Shown here one piece after another: positions 19,689 through 32,985 of a DNA stretch of 64,000 nucleotides. Location of the stretch: contig JBEUKZ010000029.1 in the NCBI GenBank assembly GCA_048128005.1, positions 1 to 64,000 of the forward strand, written 5' to 3'. Made by a program: the position numbers and the translations under genes. The number at the start of each line of letters is the position of its first letter. The first letter of the stretch is position 1. The DNA comes from Veleropilina oligotropha. Lineage: Eukaryota. Under the pieces are notes generated by a model. The model had not been told where the DNA came from, did no database searches, and saw only the letters and a list, made by a program, of their open reading frames with translations.

Positions 19689-20566
19689 ACATTTACGAAA
19701 TTGTTATTATATTTGTTTCTAATTGTTTCGCGACATACGGTTTCGTTGACCATTATGCAAACATATTTTCTATTGAATTAATGAAGTCAAGGTCTCAGTG
19801 GGGCAAAAGCGTCAAATCACAATATGTGTCTGCTTTCAGGTCGAATGCAACGTACTCTATCCGTAATTAAATCGTGAATTCGACATTTATTGTTTTTCTC
19901 CTTTTAACGAAAGGTTAATTACAACTGTATACGGGTGGTCATTATATGGAATTTCATACAATTAACGTCATTGGACCATCCAACGTGGTAATTACCCACC
20001 AAACACACGCACACGCACACACACGCACACACACACATACACACACACGCGCACACACACACACGCACACACACACGCGCGCGCGCGAGAGAGAGAGAGA
20101 GAGGGGAGCTAATATTTTATATTTGGTTTTGTTTGGTTTTGTTTGATTGTGTAGTTGCTTTTTTGTCGCATTTAACACTCTTTTCGGAACCAACCGGAAC
20201 ATGTCTATATTATGATGGGAAGACGGACCATCCGCGACTGCTCAACTGATAGAGTCAGAAACACGAAAGCGGGACGAAATGATGCGTGTTGAATCCCACT
20301 GCCGGCTTGGATTATTCTAACGCTTAAAAATAATAGAAGACATGACATAGAAACCGTTACCTTCCTCCGAATGGAGACGGTAAATCAAGCGGCATTTATG
20401 GACAACTGTGTCTCATAACGCAAACATGGCCTTACATTGGAATCCACGCTGAAATGACATAGGAGGCAGGTCAAATAAAACCTTCATAACACAAATAATT
20501 GTGTAATTTACAGCTAATGATATACTGTAGTGCTAGAAATTTATGCCCTGTTATGCAGGTAATTCT

Positions 20567-21613
20567 CTAGCGAAGCTCCACTCCGAAGAAAGCTGATGTT
20601 TGATTGCCATATAAAGTACAACGACAATTTGTCAGGATTGTCGCTACTAGGTAGTACTTCGCAATCGGTTGGAGAAGCACTTTCAGATTTCTCTTGAAGT
20701 AGACGAATGACCAGTTTGATGTGATATCGCAGAATCCCCATTCCACGCACTGGCGGACTTTGCTCATTTTCGAGTTGAATGCTTCCTCAATTTCGCTTAA
20801 ATTTGCCCCCTTAAAGGGAGAAATCAAATGTTCCCTAGTTGGATAAGCAGGGTCTCCGAACAGGACATACGAATTTCCTTCTACATCGCGGAAATTTGGC
20901 TCTTGTAGTTGATCCAGCAAACCCGATAACCTCAGCAGCATGGCGTCATGCCTCCTCCCTTCAATCGGTCCAAACATATGACAAATCATTCCATTTGGCA
21001 CCATCACCGATTGAAACTTAAGGCAGTGGCACCGTTTGTGGCCGCTGAAAACAACTACCTGCGCCACACTTGGCCTGCTCATCGGCCGAGCAGTGCCATC
21101 GATGAATCCCCAGCAGTGAGTCAGTGGCGATCCTTTGCGCATGACCGCAGCACTATAGGTCTCGAGATACTCTGGAGATAACCAATATAGGCTTGATACA
21201 TCTTCTAACAGATAACCGAACGAAGTATATATAGGCCTATAATCTAACGTCTCATTCAAAATGATGCTAAGTTCACCTTCGGACCTTGGAAAAATATCAG
21301 CAATGTCAACCAAACGGTTGGGATATGCCAATTGTCTCAATAGCAGAAGTAGTGCATTCTCTCCGGTTTCAACAATACGAGTCGAAAATCGTATTTTGTC
21401 CGGAATGCCTAGCGCCGTTTGCAATCTTTGAATATCCGCTTTCGTAAATCGAAATTTGCACCATGAATCGGATTCTGAAAATCTGGAGAACTCGAACCTT
21501 CTGTTACGTCTAGCTTCCCTCACTGAGTCAAGGCATGTGAGGTACTCGGCCAGAATATTTTCTTCCAGCATTGCTGACACCACGTGTGGGATAAGGTGGC
21601 TCAAGTGATTCAT
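20567..21613 (-). CDS. PIF/Harbinger (DDE_Tnp_4, HARBI1-like) transposase, C-terminus possibly frameshifted
   Basis: FRFTK, LAYPNRL, WGFIDGT, FSGHKRCH, GRRHDA, GDPAYP, FNSKMSKVRQCVEWGF. Confidence 0.9.
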   Translation of the reverse strand: MNHLSHLIPHVVSAMLEENILAEYLTCLDSVREARRNRRFEFSRFSESDSWCKFRFTKADIQRLQTALGIPDKIRFSTRIVETGENALLLLLRQLAYPNRLVDIADIFPRSEGELSIILNETLDYRPIYTSFGYLLEDVSSLYWLSPEYLETYSAAVMRKGSPLTHCWGFIDGTARPMSRPSVAQVVVFSGHKRCHCLKFQSVMVPNGMICHMFGPIEGRRHDAMLLRLSGLLDQLQEPNFRDVEGNSYVLFGDPAYPTREHLISPFKGANLSEIEEAFNSKMSKVRQCVEWGFCDITSNWSFVYFKRNLKVLLQPIAKYYLVATILTNCRCTLYGNQTSAFFGVELR

Positions 21614-21707
21614 TTTGAACTAAAATGAAGACAAAGAATTCGTCACATTTGATGTAATAATACTTATTATACTAATCTACTATAGTGTGGTTAAAGATGC
21701 ATATAGA

Positions 21708-21846
21708 GGATATCGAACGAGTGTCCATTCCATATGAGAATTATGAAATGAGTCGGGCACAATTTATGTACCGAGCCTTGGCGAGGTACATAAATTTGCT
21801 GACGAGTTTCATAATTCTCATATGAAATGGACCCAAGTTTCATATC
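21708..21846. repeat. Imperfect palindrome (foldback MITE-like)
   Basis: CATATGAGAATTATGAAA...AATTTATGTACC / GGTACATAAATT...TTTCATAATTCTCATATG around CGAGCCTTGGCGAG. Confidence 0.75.
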
Positions 21847-24800
21847 TTCTTTATCACATGACTTTATTTACCTTTAAACTTATTTTATTGCATTTTTAAA
21901 CACATTTCTTTACGTTTTAAAACTAATTTCTGTCATTAATTTCAGTCATTAAACGGCCTGACCCAGATGCTTCACGCCTCGACAGCACGCGCCACGCCAG
22001 TACGCCAATAAAAAATAGTTCAACGTCAGTAATCGACGAGTGAACGCGTATGAATTATTCATTATGTTAATGAGGGTGATTCGCCGCTTAATCAACTTGG
22101 CGCCAGATGCGATAATCGGCCGTCATGCTCGCCCTCATTTGCATACTTATGTGACGTGTCTTTTCGTATATAGATTTATGGAACGGCCTCTGCAGCTCCA
22201 TAACAGGTTTGTCATGTGATAATGAAGATTATGTTCTGTAAACATAAGTACACGCGTGTACAGTAACCAACTATACCACAGCAATGCGCATACTGCATAC
22301 GGTTAAATATGCCTGCGAGGTGAACACATGTATTAAGAGTAAATGCATATCACCCCTTAAATGAGCGAATTTTCTTCAAGACTACGGAATTTAAATGCAT
22401 TGACTAATATTGTTTTTATTTTCAATACTATGCAGGCAACGGTGAGCTATATCATATGAGTGAATATGCCACTATAGGTGGAGCGTCAGCGACACAAGGG
22501 ATTAGGTGGGACGTGTGTCTAGTGGTTTTCTTCTGATGTTTATGTTCACGTTGTGTTTGTAACTTCCCGGACAGGAATCTTCTCGTGCTCCGCTAAGATT
22601 TGAGGTATCCTTCACTGTTCTATAGTGGACGACAAAACGCAGTCCAGGAACAGTAAACTTAATTGATAAAATCCAAAGCCACAGTTGCTCATTAACTGCG
22701 ACTACAGTTCCATATATAATAAACCCACGTACATCAGTGGTAAGTTTCAGTAGTAAATAATCTCAATAATAATATATGTCCCTGTGGTATCGGGTACGTA
22801 CTTAATAGTTGAAGTAGTTACTTCTCGAAATTCATAAAGTCGAAAATAAAGAATTTCAATGGAAGCTTCCCAATCTAAAAGTGAGCCCAGCCAAGACCGT
22901 AAGGAATAGGTCTGTATCGAAATAGGTGGCCGGACTACTGCACACTTCTCGGGTGCCTGATTATATACACCTCTCTCTGAAACATATCTGGATCTAATCG
23001 CTTGCGCGTGATCTCGCGCACTTCTCGGGTGCCAGATTAAACACTCGTGACTCTGAAACAATATCTGGAGCTAAGAAACAATATGAGGCTAATTGGTTTT
23101 TAATTGGTTGCGCTTGATCTGCGATGTCACTCTGACGCACGCTGGCCAAATTAGACTAAACAATGAGGATACTTAATAGGTTAATTGATAGGTCAATCTT
23201 GGATGCTAGTAATCAAGGAGACTAATTAATAGACCATTATGCACCATTATGCTACAGTGAAGTAGAGCAGTATTACAAACAAAATTCAAAATAGTATGGT
23301 ACCATTTACGTAAGAACAGGTCAATACTCTGAAGGTAGGAGTAGTACTTATTTATATATCACACGGAATATTGTCGGTTCGATGGCTTGATATGCATTTT
23401 ATTATTATAATTATAATACTTACATGTTATTTTTTTTGCGTTGGTTGTCCAGTATATGTTTTATCCACAATACGTGTAATGCTCACTGCACACGTACAGA
23501 AGCAAACGTGAAAAGCTTTTTTCAGCAACTCCTGTTACGATGAAACATTCGGTGCGCACATATTGATCAGTGACATCATGTTAACATTTGCATATCGTAA
23601 TTGGTTGCAAACATACACGTTCACGTATATATGCGAAAGGAACCTTTTGTCATCAACTTGGTGCGATACGCGTATTTCGCATTTTAAGCCGAAACACATA
23701 CTGACACCTTTTAATGGGAGTTAATTTTTACTATCGCTTTTCTATAATACTTATTACGAAATAAATGGACAATAGATAACTGTTTTAATGATGTAACCTA
23801 GTATATCATAAGGCACATCGTAAGTCGTGTTAACGTTCGGCAGTCTGCTTGCGTTTCAGCGTTGCAGCAAAAGCCAAAATGATCGAAAACGGGAACGTGT
23901 ACGTGTAACTGGTTGTTAATGGATACCAACATTTCCACACTTGTACACGTTACAGGTAGACGTACAGGTGACGTTTGCAAAACCTCCCTAATAAACGATG
24001 TGAAATCCCCCCTCCTGCATTATTACTTTGCAACAGCCTATTTATACTGTTCTGAAAGTCATTTGTATCAGATTATACATATTATTTTAGTATGCTTGGC
24101 CAACTTTAGTGGGGCGCGCCCCCCCTGGATCCGCGCCTCTTATACAACCAAAAATACGTGAAAACCTGTTGATTGCCGGTGACCTTTAATACCAACATTT
24201 TCTGCCCGTGGGGTCCCATCCGCACATCGTTGATAGTAATATAAAATGGTCGCACTTGTAGCCCCAGAACGTAGGAGAAGCTGTAATTAAGTTTTATCAA
24301 ATACTATAATTTTCTTGCGCGTGAGACCCCATCTAATCCCCACGCATACAGTTGAATGTAAAATCATTACAGATTTCAGCTCCCTCCAAAGAAACAAATT
24401 ATGTACACGCCACTTTCAAACTTCAGAATTCAGCCCCCAATTATCCCCGGGGGTGGCTCTTGAACAAAGACACACAGACGGGGATGTATCATGTAAAAGT
24501 AACAGACTTTGGGGTGGGTCATAATTTTTTGGCAGAGTCTGTAAACCATTTCCAAATATCCCGTTCGGCGATGGCGGAAGCAGAGTTTATTTGGTCGTTA
24601 GATGTTGCACAATCCATGGCCAAGATCTTCTCGTTGAAACGAAAGCTTGATCGGTTATTTTGCATTGCAGGAGACTAATGACAACCAAAGCTGTCTGATC
24701 TCAATGTAGGAGGCGTTCCGACATCCAGTAGAATGGTGTGACCCCGTTGTTTGAGCACACGTGACACTAGACCCACGTGTATTACGAACGGGTCAGACAT

Positions 24801-26101
24801 GTTAAAATTACAATGACACCAGCAGCAAAATCAGCACAAATTTGTGAAAATAACGCAAGACCCTCACTAAATATGCGGAAAAATGAAACAGTGTGCAACG
24901 AAACTTTGGTTATCGCTAGTTTTCAAATTTATCCAAGATCTTATTAAAAATCGCTGTAGCGTTATTTCACGACAATATCTGTGTCGAATGATTTTCCAGC
25001 AAAGCATGCCCAAGCTTTCTTGTCAGAAATATCCTTATACCCGCTGCGCACTACCTGATGTTTCGTCTGGATCAGCTCGATTATTTACACGACATTATCA
25101 GGGGTAGTCTGCATTCCAATATATCGCAGTGATAAATAATACCGATCTCTTCCGACAAGGTCCGATTACTTGACTTCCACAGTTTTTTTCCGACGTTTAA
25201 ACCCTCCGGACAGGATATATAATTAGTCATTTCATACTATAAATAGCGTTTAAATACTATTGATAAAACATGATGCATTTTATTTAATATATTGCTAAAG
25301 CATGTCATTTTTCCATGTAAATGGAAACAAGCCCATGTGATTTCAATATGTAAGAGGGGAAATCGAACCGATCCATCGACTTATCTCATTGCTTAGCTGT
25401 GTAGGAAAAATCATGAATTGGATCATACACAATAGGCAATCCGAGATCTGGTGGCAAGAAATATAATTACTGTGAAATGTCTGTTAAAGCAGCCATGACA
25501 CCGATTTATGCTATATATTTTTTGTATTTAATCAGCATTAGTAAATGTATATTCTATAATAGAAATACTGAGCCCGAAATGGATATACTTAGAATTGTCA
25601 CATTAATGACACCCAATTAGCCCACCTGTGGCCATCACCGAAATCGACCATATGGGCTGTGAGGACAGTTCTTCGCGTGCTGAGAACTACAAATGACATT
25701 ATATAATTAGTGAATTGAATGAACAGAACGAACATGGCGATTAAACAGGACTCTTGCTCATGTAGATATTTTTCATGCTGTTCTTCAAGTTTTTCGTAAA
25801 CTGACGGCGACATTTCGGGAAATTCTAGTTTATCTGATCTATTTATCCGAGATCTTTCAAGTTTGACAAAGCACCTTCAACTTTACTTCCGTTTCGTTGC
25901 CGTACATTTTGCATCGAACTCTTGTCGATCAGATGCGCACCCGGTCTCAGCATGGTTAACTGTCAGCGCCCCGGGTGTTGGTATAGTTTACTGAAAGATG
26001 TAGGGATAACGTCGGGAAGCAAACATCTCGGATTGTCGTTAATATAAGCAGTACTGGCATTTAAGTAGCGTAACTCGATGCGCTCTTTAGCTAAGGACGT
26101 G

Positions 26102-26178
26102 AGCAGCAGGGGGGGGTGAGCAGACTCTAAATGGAGCTTTTTTAGGGGTATGTAGTAGGCAGCAGCAGGGGGGGGTGA
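26102..26178 (+). repeat. Left TIR of element 2 (pairs with 41502-41575)
   Basis: Reverse-complement match apart from G-run/AGC copy number. Confidence 0.9.
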
Positions 26179-26884
26179 GCGGACGTTTTAGAATGGGAAA
26201 AGAAGGCTCCCCAGCGCCATCCGAAACTAGGGTAGCTTAGAATAGTCTATTTGCGCCGCGGCGGCCACCCCCACGCCCGTTTGATCAGAGCTGGTAGTAA
26301 GAGCCCGTAGGGACGGCCCGTTACCCTCACCGGCCCGTTCAGCCGTCTGCTGTTGTCTCTCACGCGTGTATTCATAGCCCGCTGCCTTATCACCACGCGC
26401 TATTGTGCTGAGTCTATTCATGCCGCATCTATGAATAGCCCTTATTGGCTTGTGTTTTATCAGTGTCGAGACACAGAAACTGTCAACACAGAAACTGTCG
26501 ACTCATGGGGATGACTCAACACAAAAACGGTAACCGAAAACATTTCTCGTCAAGAAACTTTGTGAAATCAAAACATCGGTTACCGTTTTTGTGTTGAGCT
26601 AGCTTTTTAGTTAACGATAGCGAGAACGACTAGCGATTCATAACACCGATAAGCTAAGAATAAACGCAACCAGGAAGCTAGGGTACAAATACCATTGATA
26701 GACGCGACCAGGCATTCAACGCAAACAATACCCATTGATACACGCGGCGACGTATTTGTAAAGCACACGGATATAGAGTGTCCTGATTTTAACGATTGTA
26801 GTCATTCATAAAGCGGGCAATGAATAGACGAGATAGAAACCAGAAAATGTGTTTCAAGGCGGGGAATCCCCGAGATTGCAGCTG

Positions 26885-27304
26885 TTAAATGAATATGAAG
26901 TTCCCGCTAGCTAACGTGCAGTTGCACGACGGCTGGTGTCCGATTTTTATCCACGCACCGAGGCAGCCAGATAGCATTGTGTAATAATGCCCATTTTTGC
27001 CAGGGCATAGGGAGGGGGCCTCACACTGGACACATGTGACAGTATGTGGGGGTGTGGGGGGGCCACAGTCATTCTCCCCAATAACATAGTAGTGACACGA
27101 CGGTGGGGGGACATCAGGGGGGTCTCCCAGGCATAGTAGCAAGTTTCTCCGCAAGGGGTCTAGCCGTATGTTGTACCTGGGGTCGTTGCGGTACCTAGCC
27201 CACGTGTGTTCGAGAATTAATGCGGTGTTGTGTGTCGACGCGCCCTGGGTGGTGGCACCCGCTAGCCAGCACACCACGGCAATACACAGTAGCATGGATT
27301 TCAT
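26885..27304 (-). CDS. Putative secreted Cys-rich protein
   Basis: Homolog of 15502-15912, intact. Confidence 0.75.
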   Translation of the reverse strand: MKSMLLCIAVVCWLAGATTQGASTHNTALILEHTWARYRNDPRYNIRLDPLRRNLLLCLGDPPDVPPPSCHYYVIGENDCGPPTPPHTVTCVQCEAPSLCPGKNGHYYTMLSGCLGAWIKIGHQPSCNCTLASGNFIFI

Positions 27305-27381
27305 GGCTGTCCAGATATCACTGTCTGAGTTCGAGCTTTAATACGGGGGAGGGGGGTCCCCCTCACGCTCCACCTGAATGG

Positions 27382-28030
27382 TTATTCTCCAGCCCCGATT
27401 TTTTTCAGTAGCTCCGCGCGTCCCTCTTTACGTCCGCGCTCTATAAGCTCGCTTTGGGTCTGTGAAACCGCGGCGTGCGCCTGTAGACTTTTGAGGCGGA
27501 CCGTGGCCTTCATTGTCCGATATTTGGCCATCTCGTCTGTGACCAGTTTGAATTCATCATCAGACATCTCCCCGTCCGATAAGGCCTTTGAGACGTGGTC
27601 GCTGATGGTGTTCAGCTTACTTTCGGCCAGTGCTCGAATCTCGTTGTGCTTCTTAGCCTTCACTTGGAGGCGGCGGCTCACGTATTTGCCACCCATACTC
27701 GCGAGCCCACACCCTAACGCCGCTAATTCCAGCCCTAGGACCACAGGTGCCGCAACGATCGTGGACAGTAGACCAATGCCGGCGCCACCCATACCAAGGG
27801 TGGCGACGACAAGGGCCGAATCCACCCCGTCGATGACATTCACGCCTCTTCGGTACTTCTTGTACAGGGCAGCCCGTGTGTCCCTCTCTCGTTCTAGCTG
27901 TCCCTGAAGCTCATTCACTTTCTGTAGTCGGAAAGACTGCCTCCGGAACTTCCGAAAGCACATCGCCAGGCCTGCCATCAAGTAGTGGATACAGCGTTGG
28001 CGCTGATGGCGGCGTGGGTTTGTTGTCCAT
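27382..28030 (-). pseudogene. Hydrophobic-helix protein, 5' frameshift
   Basis: Homolog of 14769-15401. Confidence 0.7.
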
Positions 28031-28381
28031 CTATACGTAGCTGTACTGTTCCGCCTGTTGGTTCAAAATATCTACCTTGACGTTCAAATAGAGGGTGTTC
28101 ACCCAGGGGGCCTTGAGGGCAAAGGCGAGGGTTAGCTTGTCCGAATCAAGGCCAAGTTTATTTATGGAACATGCCTTGGGGCTGCCCCCGGCCGGCTGGA
28201 CCGGCGTCATGTGGATCATTAGAAGGGCTGGGTTCAACCCAAACCGGCCGCCAGTGTTTGGAATCATGAACTCCCTCCTCAACAGCCCTTTTTTGCTTGC
28301 TTCTCCACAACTAAGAACAAAGTGCCACCGGGTCGGGGAAGGCTCATCTGCAAGCAGGGGGGTCCCATAGATGCTGCTCAT
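28031..28381 (-). CDS. 116-aa hypothetical viral protein
   Basis: Homolog of 14406-14768. Confidence 0.75.
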   Translation of the reverse strand: MSSIYGTPLLADEPSPTRWHFVLSCGEASKKGLLRREFMIPNTGGRFGLNPALLMIHMTPVQPAGGSPKACSINKLGLDSDKLTLAFALKAPWVNTLYLNVKVDILNQQAEQYSYV

Positions 28382-29080
28382 CGGATCTCAAGGTCGGCGG
28401 ATATCGGCATACCGTGATTGTCGAGCGGGTTACCATCTGAGTCTGTGACGTACATCTTCAATTCTGTGAGTAGCCCGGCCTGCAGTCGCCGGAAGTCAGG
28501 ATACCTATGATAGTGGGCAGCTTCACCGAACATCTGCGACGTTATGGGGACCACCGCGAGAATATTGCTAGGGGCGCCGTCCTTCACATTGTGTGTTGAA
28601 CTGAGCTGATCCAGATGGACGTGTAGGGTCGCTGCGATGGCAAACCCGACGGGCTCGTTCCCGTCATAAGTCCCGGGGCGTAGCCATTGCAGCGACCCGG
28701 CAGGCTTGTTCTTGTCATAAGTCATAAGTAGCCACACTGAAAGGCTGAAGCCGAGGAGCTTCCGTATATCGTCGCTTATCGCGAGTAGAGTCCCCTCTGG
28801 GACAACGAGTTGCGCGAGTCCGGTAGCACAGCTTACCTCGAGCCGCATGTTAGCTAGGGACCTCTTCATAGTCCTCGCGAGGGAATCGAAGCTGTAGAAC
28901 CCTGGTGCCACCTCCACCGTGGTATTGGGGGGTCTTAAAGGCTCCAGCGTGCACGTTATGCCAGCCGACCCAGTAGTCGAGCGAGCGCAGGCCGACGCAT
29001 AGCTTGCCTTCCCGGTTATCTATTGGTTGCAGGAGGGCAACCGCGGTCCCCTCTTGAACACTCGTTACCGTGTGGAACAT
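28378..29080 (-). pseudogene. Penton-like gene, frameshift near 28930
   Basis: Two ORFs jointly match 13669-14409. Confidence 0.65.
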
Positions 29081-29084
29081 AGCT

Positions 29085-30362
29085 ATGGCTCTTAGCCCCT
29101 TTGCGTTTAATGGGAGTGCGGCCTATCCGACTGGTGTGGTGTACCCGGCAAAGATCCAAGATGAGCAGCTTACAGAACCAAGCGTCGTTGTCTCCTCGTC
29201 TGAATCTCCGGCATTCGGGGCAGACTACCCCGACGTCTTCCAAAAATACCGCCTCCCTCACGTTGCGAGTGACCGGCTACTACAGGCTTGGGACAGCACG
29301 CCCATGCGGTTCTGGCAAAACAAGGTCAATTTCGCAGTCTGGTGTGCTACCACAGGTTCCGGGGTATCCGCAGAAGACCACTTGAATGCGACTGACCCCC
29401 TCTCCAGAGCCGTATTCACCTTCCACGTCTACTATCAGGTCAGAAGGATCTTGTCCGAAATTCAGGCGCCACTGCCACAAGACATGACATGGGATGCATT
29501 CGACACCCCGTATGACCGAAGGGCATATGAGAAGATCTGCAGCGAATTCGGAGTGTCTCCACACACCGACTGGCGAGTCGAGGGTCCCAATAAAGGGCTC
29601 GGCACCGCTTTCAGCTACTGGACGAACAATGGCTACCACTCCATCGGACGTGCGTATGATCCCGGTCGCATGTCCTACACCAAAGGTACGACAAATACGA
29701 ATCTGCATGTGGACTACATCGCGCAAGCGCCTGCGCTTTCAAATGGCTGGGCTTCCTTTATACTGGACAAGGCAGCGGGATTTACCCGGGCCGGCGTGGA
29801 GAGGCTCAATGATTCCATCAGGACCTACGTCTGGGCGATTCTTGGAGCGCAGGCTCAAACACGTGCAAGCATTATGGGTAGCGGTACCGTGTTTGACGCG
29901 CAGAAACAGTACCTGTCGAACGTGGAAGATGCCATCGCATCGCCAGTGGACCTGCCAGCAGCAATCAAACGGTACCAGGTGCTACAGTATGCCAGGTCCA
30001 AGGTAGACTTCGTATTCGGCGTTGGCCTGTACATGGCGCCAAGTGACATGCTCCTGCGAATAGGGCAGGTGGCTGGGTATAACAACGAAATCGTCGTTGC
30101 CACGGAAGACCAGACACTAGGTCTTAATACAACCGTCAACGCGGCCAGTGTTCCACCCGACGCCACTGGGGATACTGGAGAGACAGGACTGGTCATGCCA
30201 CAAGACGCAGTCTTACGGGCAGATGCTCCGAAGCATCCAAACGATGAGGCGGCAGCTGTTTCAGCGGCTGCCTCACATGACGAGGAGAAAACCGCACTTA
30301 TCGTGAGGGGCGTTGTAGTTGGCCTAGCGTTCATTTGGCTGGCTTCACCCCAAACTGGCTAG
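29085..30362 (+). CDS. ~425-aa conserved viral protein with C-terminal TM
   Basis: Homolog of 12369-13661. Confidence 0.8.
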   Translation: MALSPFAFNGSAAYPTGVVYPAKIQDEQLTEPSVVVSSSESPAFGADYPDVFQKYRLPHVASDRLLQAWDSTPMRFWQNKVNFAVWCATTGSGVSAEDHLNATDPLSRAVFTFHVYYQVRRILSEIQAPLPQDMTWDAFDTPYDRRAYEKICSEFGVSPHTDWRVEGPNKGLGTAFSYWTNNGYHSIGRAYDPGRMSYTKGTTNTNLHVDYIAQAPALSNGWASFILDKAAGFTRAGVERLNDSIRTYVWAILGAQAQTRASIMGSGTVFDAQKQYLSNVEDAIASPVDLPAAIKRYQVLQYARSKVDFVFGVGLYMAPSDMLLRIGQVAGYNNEIVVATEDQTLGLNTTVNAASVPPDATGDTGETGLVMPQDAVLRADAPKHPNDEAAAVSAAASHDEEKTALIVRGVVVGLAFIWLASPQTG

Positions 30363-31631
30363 CGGCCATAAGAAGCAAGCCCCCAACAGAAATAAGCACA
30401 GCCCACAGGTTCTCAGCAAGCCACGACGCTGTCTTGCCGACCAGGTTGATAAGCCAGGAAAGCAGGCTGCCAATCATGCCTGGGAGTGCCGCTGCCACCT
30501 TCCCCGCTAGTTTACCCAGAAGCCGACCCAGGGTCTGCAGGTGCGTTTTTACCCACTCCTTCACGCCTTGACCACTGGAAGGTGGTGGTGGTGGTGAGAT
30601 GCTCGGCGCTCCGCCTGTTAGGGCTAGTACCAAAGTCGAGATGGCCATGCCAATCGCGGTCAGTATAGTCACGATCGTGACCCCCTGCTCGCGGAACAGG
30701 GTCCGGACGCGCTCGGCCAGCGTGGTGTCTGAGTGGAGTATCCGACTTATCATCTCTCGGATCCGGCTAATTTGAGAGCTAAGGGCATCCCGGCTGGACG
30801 AGGCAGCCTCTAGTCTGGCTGCTCGTTCATCAGTCAGGTCGCGCAGACGTTCCACAATTCGTCGACGAACAAACTCCTCCACACCTCCTTCATCTGCCTG
30901 AGCGAGCTTCCTCTTCTCCAGCTCTATGTGTTCGTCCAGCGCCGTTAGTTTGGCCAGGTTGTTCATGAGCTCACCTCGGATTGTCTGCATTGCCTTGTCG
31001 AGCCCGCGAAGCTCACGAAGATTTAATGGGGGGTCCCCCATCGTGCTCAGGATCTCATCAACCTCAGCATCTGTGAAAGTCGTCTCCATTGTGTGGATTG
31101 CAGATGCCGCATCTGTAGCGGTCTGCCCCAAGTCCCGCAGTTCCACGTTGTCAATGTTGGCGGCCGCACCGCTCAACTCACTGTCGGCTGTCTGAAAAGC
31201 TGCGACGGCTTTTGAGGCCAGCTTCTTCTGTCCCCCCCTCCCCGCCTCTCTGGCCGCTTCCAGTCAACAAATCCCAACCCCTCTCTGATGGCTTTACCCC
31301 CATCTTTCCGGTTAGCAATTGTTGAGAACGCCATGGGTTTTTTGGAGCTAGAATTGATGAGATCGATGTGTGGATAGGCCTTCAGCCGCAATCCCCCCCC
31401 CTCCACATACTCGAACTGGGCATAATCATTCCCCGTGGCCGGGGTCTGCCCCTCCTCCGACAGGGCATAGTAGTAGCCAACCACTGCTGACCGCATGAGC
31501 TCTTGCCGCAGATCGCTGGTTCCTTCCTGTGGCGCCAGAGGCACAAACCCGTCTGTGGATTGTGCCGGCATTTCCACATCATCATCGACGGTGATGTCGG
31601 GCTCGAACATGGGGTTCTCGAATTCCGCCAT
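30331..31631 (-). pseudogene. Coiled-coil/TM protein, frameshift near 31230
   Basis: Homolog of 11059-12376. Confidence 0.7.
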
Positions 31632-31683
31632 TTGAATACAACCAGCTGGATACGCATCTAATTCAGCCATAGCGACAAACAAC

Positions 31684-32985
31684 ATGGCCAGCCTTTACGG
31701 ACGCAAGCTTGATCCATACCGCAGACTGCGAGAGCCTCTTGGGGTCAAGGGTACCCGCCAGTCGGTCACCATAACCAATAACCCATCCACCATCGCCGCA
31801 AACCAGCAGCTGCTGGTCAGGTTTCCCAATCTCGGGGCTCATGACGTGATCGTTCCAGGGACTGCCCACCTCGCATTCACCATTTCTCTGACCTCGGCTA
31901 ACCCGAACAGGACCGTAGTTCAGAACATCGGACGCGCCGTGGTCAAGAAGACCACGATAAAGATCAGTGGAAACGAGATCATGTCTATCGACGACTCCGA
32001 CGTCTATCACTGCTACTGCGATCTTTGGAAGACACCCCAGGAACGCAGTAGCGCCCACTACCAGGGATTGATACCAGCGACGGACAAAACACTACGAAGC
32101 TTCATGTCGGAGCGACCGACGCCTTCAGACTTTCTGAGGACGTGGCCATCTGGGTCGCGTACGGTCCGAGGTTCCGCGTCCCACTGGATTTCGAATTGTT
32201 GGAAAGCCATATGCCGTTCTATCAAAGCGCTCTGGGGGACCGTCTCTAATATGAGCTCACGTTCAACGTTCAGCCGGACGATCAGGGACACCGATGACCC
32301 TGGTTCCAGCTACAGCATCGACAATATCAGGCTGGAATACGACATGGTCACCCAGGCCGACCTGGCCAGGCCGATTCGTAACCAGTACTCGGGCCGCATC
32401 GCCATCCTCTACGACCGTGTGCTCCGGCATCGCAAGCTCACCAGGGACAAGAGCGACACCTTGTGAAATCTGAACCTGAACGTGCCGGCGAGGTCCATGA
32501 AAGGTATCCTACTGCTGTTTGAGGACCCCGCGAGAGACGCAAAACCATTCGCGAGGGACACCGAGGCATTTTACAATCCGAAAATCACCAAGGTCGAGGT
32601 CACCATTGAGGGGGTCCCGAATCAAATCTACAGCCAGGGCATGCGTTCCTACCAGATGTGGGACGAAGCCAGGAAACTGTTCGCCTCCAACCCGATCAGC
32701 AAGCGGCATCCTGAGGTGGCGCTGGTTGCCAAGGATTTGGAACTGGCAGACGTCACCTTGGGCCAGTTCTTAACGAAAAAGTTTGCCCTATGGATAGACC
32801 TGCGGGTCACCGACGTCGATCAGCTGCACGGGTCAGGCCGGAAGGTAGAGAACGCCAGCGAGGGTATCACCATCCAGATCACGAAGACGGGTGAAGCGGC
32901 CGGCCCATTGAATGTGTACCTGTACGTGATAATGGACGCACAGCTCAATATCGAGAATGGACGCTTTGTCACAGCGCTGTACTAG
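31684..32985 (+). pseudogene. Probable major capsid protein, disrupted (frameshifts ~32060-32270, TGA at 32464)
   Basis: Homolog of 9721-11022. Confidence 0.7.
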
